DNA of 63,409 nucleotides, counting the filler, from Sanchytrium tribonematis (Eukaryota): NCBI GenBank assembly GCA_018985235.1. It is 15 parts of 15 records of this genome, joined end to end, with 100 filler letters (N's around TTAATTAATTAA, not from the genome) between each part and the next. Parts side by side here need not be neighbours in the genome. Positions count along the whole stretch, not along the records: positions 57,592 to 60,458 come from JADGIG010000962.1; positions 60,559 to 63,409 come from JADGIG010000963.1; 13 more parts are not named here. One strand, given 5' to 3'. The first letter of the stretch is position 1, and each line of letters starts with the position of its first letter. Shown here piece after piece: positions 57,832 through 63,409 of the stretch. The position numbers were made by a program, and so were the translations under genes. Below the pieces are notes generated by a model. It saw only the letters and a program-made list of their open reading frames with translations, was not told the DNA's origin and did not search any database.

Positions 57832-58746
57832 TCAGTTAGATTGATCTGAAGTAACAGAAAACTGGTCTATAGATGGTGAAATTTTCGCTGAATTTGACTT
57901 TCTACTTTCCTGACTCTCAGAATTTGAATGTTCTACTTCGGGTGAAGCTGGGCTTAATGATTGACTTCTCGAGCCAGAGTTTGGGCTTAATTCGTGCTTG
58001 TGAATGGAACTAGCATGTATTATCGGAGAAACAGCTTTGGGCCCCATATTGAGAAAACTGCAAATTCTACATTTAAACATGTAGCTATCATATTGGTCTG
58101 GCGGACAAAGACCATTGTGAGAATAACATTGTTTGCAGATCAATGCCAGTTTGGATTCAAAATCTTCTTCACCCACAATTTTGTCAAGAACTCGATCTAA
58201 GAAATTAGTAGAGGCAGAATTAGGTCGTTCAGACTGTGTCGTGATACTACCCTGATACTTAGGAGTTACGCTTGGCGAAATTTCAATAGGCCGCGGCTGT
58301 GGATTTTCATATTTTCTCACCAGCTCTTGAGTTTCATTAAATTTGGTGGCTTTTTTCAGTTCTTCCAATTTTTGCTTTTGCAACTTTAATAGCTGAGTTC
58401 TTTTCCTTTTTCTGTTATCGATTCTTCTTCGATAAATATATTCAATAAGTAAATTACCATATAAAATCACAAAGTAACCAAATATAGCCAGGAGAAACAC
58501 ATCCAATCTAATATTTATGTAGTCAGTATGTATGATCGGAAAACGGCTTTCAAAAAATACCAATATAGCAGCAAATATTATAAATAGTGATCGCAAATAA
58601 CTTGATATATTTGATATTAAAGTAGCTTTAGATTTAGAAAGCCGATCAATGTCTTGGTCAAGTGCTTTCATTTTTTGCTCGTTAGTCTGTAAGTCCAAAG
58701 AAAGATCTTTTTTCTGGGGTCTAGAAAATGGCCACCATAGTGTCAT
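57832..58746 (-). CDS. LNP1: Lunapark ER-junction protein
   Basis: Two TM segments, coiled coils, ALICKQCYSHNGL..FKCRICSFLN zinc finger. Confidence 0.88.
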   Translation of the reverse strand: MTLWWPFSRPQKKDLSLDLQTNEQKMKALDQDIDRLSKSKATLISNISSYLRSLFIIFAAILVFFESRFPIIHTDYINIRLDVFLLAIFGYFVILYGNLLIEYIYRRRIDNRKRKRTQLLKLQKQKLEELKKATKFNETQELVRKYENPQPRPIEISPSVTPKYQGSITTQSERPNSASTNFLDRVLDKIVGEEDFESKLALICKQCYSHNGLCPPDQYDSYMFKCRICSFLNMGPKAVSPIIHASSIHKHELSPNSGSRSQSLSPASPEVEHSNSESQESRKSNSAKISPSIDQFSVTSDQSN

Positions 58747-58783
58747 GGAGAACAGTTATGTTTTACAAAAACATCACATAAAT

Positions 58784-59362
58784 TTATTTTTCAAGTAATC
58801 TCGCCTTTATCAAGTCAGACGGTTTCTGTTTCGAACTCTCTAATCTTCTTTTAATCTCCTCTACCCTAGACATTGTTGATTTTGGTGCTTGGTATAAATC
58901 GTCACTTTTGGCAAATTTTTCATCTAGAGCATAAGCGGACTCTTCACTTTCACTACTTGAATGGATAGAACTCTTGGACGACTCAGATTCTTCGCTCTCG
59001 GATTCCTCGGAGCTACTATACTCTACTACAGCTTTCTTTGCCTTATTTATATTTTCAAATGCTTTTCCTTCCACGTGAGATTTACGATTTATGCCAAGCG
59101 CGGAAGCAAACGAGTCCAGTTTCTGCTCCTTTAATTTTAGGTCAGACTCGATTTCTTTGAACTTAAGATTATTTTTTTCGTTGATATTCATTTTCTGAAG
59201 GAGCATTTTTCTTTTAGCTTCATGTTCAATAACATTTGGATCCACGACTCTTTTTCTAGAAACAGTGGTAACAAATTCACTGGAAAATTTTGAGGATGCA
59301 TTCTTTTGAACATATCCGCTAGTTGCTGATCCTTTTGCTGTTGGTAGACCAACATTTGACAT
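58784..59362 (-). CDS. CWC21: Pre-mRNA splicing factor Cwc21/SRRM2-like, reduced
   Basis: MSNVGLPTAKGSATSGYVQKN, DPNVIEHEAKRK, FASALGI..HVEGKAF. Confidence 0.82.
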   Translation of the reverse strand: MSNVGLPTAKGSATSGYVQKNASSKFSSEFVTTVSRKRVVDPNVIEHEAKRKMLLQKMNINEKNNLKFKEIESDLKLKEQKLDSFASALGINRKSHVEGKAFENINKAKKAVVEYSSSEESESEESESSKSSIHSSSESEESAYALDEKFAKSDDLYQAPKSTMSRVEEIKRRLESSKQKPSDLIKARLLEK

Positions 59363-59574
59363 CAAATTAAAATAGGGGTTAGTGTCTCACAAAACTACTT
59401 GTATCGCTATAAACATTATAGAAATCTCGTTTTGCATCGCTTGTTACAATTATTTTTTTGTGGCTTGCGAAATAGCCATCTCAAGGCCATTCATAAATTT
59501 TGTGCAATCAGAGCATATAAAATGTGCCTGATTTTGTTATCATTTACTATATAAACAAACTCTGGTTTTTTGTT

Positions 59575-59958
59575 ATGACTCACAAACAAAACAAAGGACA
59601 GAAAAAAGTACAACCTCAAGAAGCAAAAGTTGAAAAATCTGCTGCTGAACAATTAAAAGCAGCAGCTGAATCTCAGCCTAAACCACACGCAAACAAAAAT
59701 AAGCAACACAAAGGACCACAATCTCCAAAGCAAGATGCCGAAAATCACAACCAAAGCCCAAAGAAACAACAGAATCAGAATCAAAGTCAAAAGAAACAAG
59801 CTCAACCTCAAAAACAAGAAAAACATGAACATGAACACAAACACGAGGAACATGAGCACAAACATGAACATCAACATGAACAGAAACTTCCTAAACAAGG
59901 TGCCTCAAAGCAACAACAAAAGGGCGGCAAACAAAGATCTAAACAACAAAAGGCTTAG
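59575..59958 (+). CDS. Low-complexity Q/K/H/E-rich protein
   Basis: ATG ORF preceded by TATATAAA, with HEHEHKHEEHEHKHEHQHE tract. Confidence 0.6.
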   Translation: MTHKQNKGQKKVQPQEAKVEKSAAEQLKAAAESQPKPHANKNKQHKGPQSPKQDAENHNQSPKKQQNQNQSQKKQAQPQKQEKHEHEHKHEEHEHKHEHQHEQKLPKQGASKQQQKGGKQRSKQQKA

Positions 59959-60189
59959 ATTTTATATATCAATAAAAGTATAAGACTTTAAATATTTACT
60001 TACTCAAATAGCTCTTGAAAAAGCGTCAAAATTACTTTCATCTTAGTAATAGCATCTTCTAAATGTGTGGATCTAGTCGAAAATCTATTTTTAAATGCAT
60101 CTTCCTTTTTAACATGTGTTGAGGGATGAAAAGCAAGTTTGTTTGGTGTTTTTCCTCCACTTCCACGCGGTGGCCTACATAAAAGTAAA

Positions 60190-60458
<269 letters not shown>

Positions 60459-60808
60459 NNNNNNNNNNNNNNNNNNNNNNNNNNNNNNNNNNNNNNNNNN
60501 NNTTAATTAATTAANNNNNNNNNNNNNNNNNNNNNNNNNNNNNNNNNNNNNNNNNNNNTTAGTAGTCCTGGATTTACCAGTGTGGTCGTCAGATATCAAT
60601 TATTTAAATTGATTTTAATGAGAAATGGAAATGAGTATTTTGTGGATTTTAAAACGGATCCCAATGAATCTAATCGTATTTATACCAATGAAATACCTCT
60701 AGATGATTTATATAATTCTATTATTGTAAGAATGAGGGATTTTAGAGATGGGGAATTAAAGAGAATTAAATCAAAATGGAATTTTACAGAATAAATTTGT
60801 TGTGGTCA

Positions 60809-60833
60809 AAAAAAGTGGAACAATCGTGGAACA
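60809..60833. repeat. Left arm of a 25-bp inverted repeat (partner 63149-63173)
   Basis: AAAAAAGTGGAACAATCGTGGAACA versus TGTTCCACAATTGTTCCACTTTTTT, 24/25 complementary. Confidence 0.9.
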
Positions 60834-63306
60834 CGGATTCTTCATGGAAAACTTTATTAATAACAGTCAATCCGAACTACGTAATCTTCGTACGCACATT
60901 ATTAGTGGCAAATCGGCTACTAATTACATGGGTGCTTTATCAAATTTCATTTTTTGGGTATATTCAAATTGTCCATCAATAGTGTTTAGTGAACTCAAAG
61001 ATATCCTAAATGAGCACAAAACTGTTTATGATCAATCCATTGCTCAACTTATCTCCACACAGCAAGATCCTATTGCTAGAGAAGTTGAATTGACAAGATT
61101 AAATACAACGTACCTTAGGGAGCAAAAGAAACGCATTAAAAGATGGTTTTCGGACTCATCAGAAACTGATAATCGAAACCCGCCTATTGAAATTGAAGCT
61201 GTTACTGGTGATATTGTTTCTACATTTTTGTTACAACTACGCAAACGTAATGGCGAACCACCAGGTTACTCCACATACAACACTAACAGAGCAGCAATAA
61301 GACATTTATTTCGTTTATATCGATTCCAGGTTCCGGCTGAATTTGATCACATATTGACACTAGATTTCAAATCATTAAAACGAGTTGTAGCCATTCGGGT
61401 AAATGATGGCGGTGAAGCTGTTCAAGTAGGCAAATCCCCAATGGAATTCACCCTTTATAAATATATTGCAAATAACTTTTTTACTGGATCTAGAAGGGAA
61501 GATGTATTTGCAAATTGTTTTTTGACGTTATGCTGGAACTTAATGGCTAGAGTGGGGAATATTGAAGCCGTATGTCTTCAGCATATAGAGTGGGAAGATG
61601 ATGCAATGATGATATTCTTTGCACAGGGTAAAACTGATCAGGTTGGCGAAAATGCTAAATATCCAAGACATATTTATGCAAATCCTACGTACCCAGAGAT
61701 TTGTCCTATTCTTAATTTAGCTATATTGTTGTTATGTTTTCCATTACAAGACAATCAAGTGAAGTTGTTTCATGGTTCTGCACAATATGAACGATTTCGT
61801 AAATTGTTGGACAAAAATTTAAAAACTAAATGTTTACTAGAACTTACATCAAGAGGCCTCGAAGCATCACAAATTGGAACTCATAGTGTACGTAAAGGTG
61901 CAAGTTCGTATGCTGCAAGTGGAACTACTGCATCGCCTTCAGCCCTAGCTATTCATTTAAGAGCAGGATGGTCTTTTGCTGGGGTTCAAGATCGTTACAT
62001 TCATGTCGAAGCTGCTGGAGATCAGTATGTAGGTCGTACAGTATGTGGTCTTCCTATTTTGGATTCCAAATTTGCAACTTCTCCACCATTTTTCAAAACC
62101 ACTCCGAATGACTTGAATGAAATCATATCTCAAAATTTTATTAATTTACCATCTAGTCTGTATCGTGTCGCTGAGTATTGCCTCGCATCGTTAGTTTATC
62201 ATCGCAATTATCTATTTCGTGTTTTTGAACCAACCCATCCATTATTTAACTCAGCTATTTTTCGCAGCACCACTCAAATGAACAATCTTGCCGATTTAGT
62301 AGTCATAGATGTGGGTAATATGACTACGAGTGAAAGAATTATTAATCTTACAGGTATACCGCCACATATTTCTCTATTAGTGAAATTAGACAAAGTGGCT
62401 CAAAATATTGATGTTATAATTGAAAAGGTAAATTCATCAGTTGAGGAGACTGCACATCGAATTGTACAATATATCGATGAAAGATCACTAGTAAGTGGTA
62501 TTGCTACTGTACAACAGATGGAATCCATTATTTCAAATTCTGTTAACTACACTTTAAGCGAGTCGGGAATTTTAAATTTATTATCCACCCAAAATAGAAG
62601 TGATACTAACATAAATGAGGTGCCAAATCAAAATCAAAATCGGAGATATCAGATGCACACTATTGGCGACCGATTAAGTATGGTGCCTCTAGACTTTAAG
62701 TTTCCTCGTTGCTCCATTGCAGTTGCTTACCAACTCTGGTGCTGCGGTGATGAAAGAAATGGCTATCCACCATTTCGCATGCTTTCTTCCAAGGATATGG
62801 CAAATCGCACAATGACCGCCAGACTTTCTGAATTCCAATTTATTATGAGACTAGTTGATCGATTGACAGGTTTTAGGGAATTTAGATCTAGGGATCTGCA
62901 GTTAACTCAAGTAATTGAAAAGTTTGATCAGCAAAGTGTAAATATTCCAATCCCACAAAGAACTCCTAGTGGTAGAATAAGAAGAATTGGGCAGTTAAAT
63001 TGGAGGACCTGCTACAACATTTTAAAAAATACATGACTAGACTGGCTCAAAATAAATATGATAAATTATATTGCCTTTAATTAAGCTACTAAGGGATCAT
63101 TTTTATTAATGTTATCATTATTTTGTGTATATGAAGCGGAATTTAAGATGTTCCACAATTGTTCCACTTTTTTCATTATAATCAGATTTAAAAAAAATTG
63201 ACTGAAAATTAGTCAAATAATTGTACAAAATAAATTGGTTTCAGGAAAAACTGGAACTATTGTTCCACAAAACTTGGTCCGCTCCAATAGAATGTTCCAG
63301 TTTTTT
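60809..63306 (+). mobile_element. Crypton-type tyrosine-recombinase transposon with intact ORF (ATG 60844 to 63036) and flanking inverted repeats
   Basis: LMARVGN, GKTDQ, GTHSVRKG, LRAGW, QDRY catalytic set; 25-bp inverted repeats at 60809-60833 and 63149-63173. Confidence 0.88.
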
Positions 63307-63409
63307 CATACAATTTGATTTAATTAATTGGTAAATTGGAATTTGGATCAGAGAGGATACATTACTGTAATTGTTTTAAATCTGCTTTCAGTCAAATGAC
63401 CCTGAGTGT

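Noticed and set aside
58720..58746. Lunapark lacking Gly2 as evidence for global loss of myristoylation
   Set aside because: Many fungal Lnp1 proteins lack an MG start, so it is uninformative.

Overview
This window is not one locus. It is 15 unrelated contigs, mostly about 2.9 kb plus one of 21.5 kb (24074-45584), joined by 14 artificial 100-bp spacers (N-run/TTAATTAATTAA/N-run). The DNA is AT-rich, very gene-dense, eukaryotic and in the standard genetic code. A myosin-motor chitin synthase, HIS4, NAD-GDH and mitochondrial PDK point to an early-diverging fungus or holomycotan rather than a microsporidian; a sanchytrid-like parasite is my guess, not a determination. Contents: housekeeping genes (TyrRS, RPB2, SMC1, RPS5, RPL29, SNU13, calcineurin B, PUP1, etc.), tRNA-Lys(CTT), a reduced meiotic Hop1, an expanded secreted LRR family, secreted kinases, an AA11 LPMO, tiny GPI proteins, two Crypton-type tyrosine-recombinase transposons, a piggyBac relic and a dead LINE. 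Main result: nearly every split ORF is explained by an ultra-short spliceosomal intron. There are nine 19-nt and two 20-nt GT-AG introns plus 19-21-nt candidates, two of them GC-AG. All 11 GT-AG introns start GTA and have an invariant T at -8 and A at -6, consistent with a fixed-position branch point. A second apparent miniaturisation affects signal peptides (8-10 aa). Intergenic gaps fall to 8-27 bp, and stop codons often overlap or abut AATAAA.
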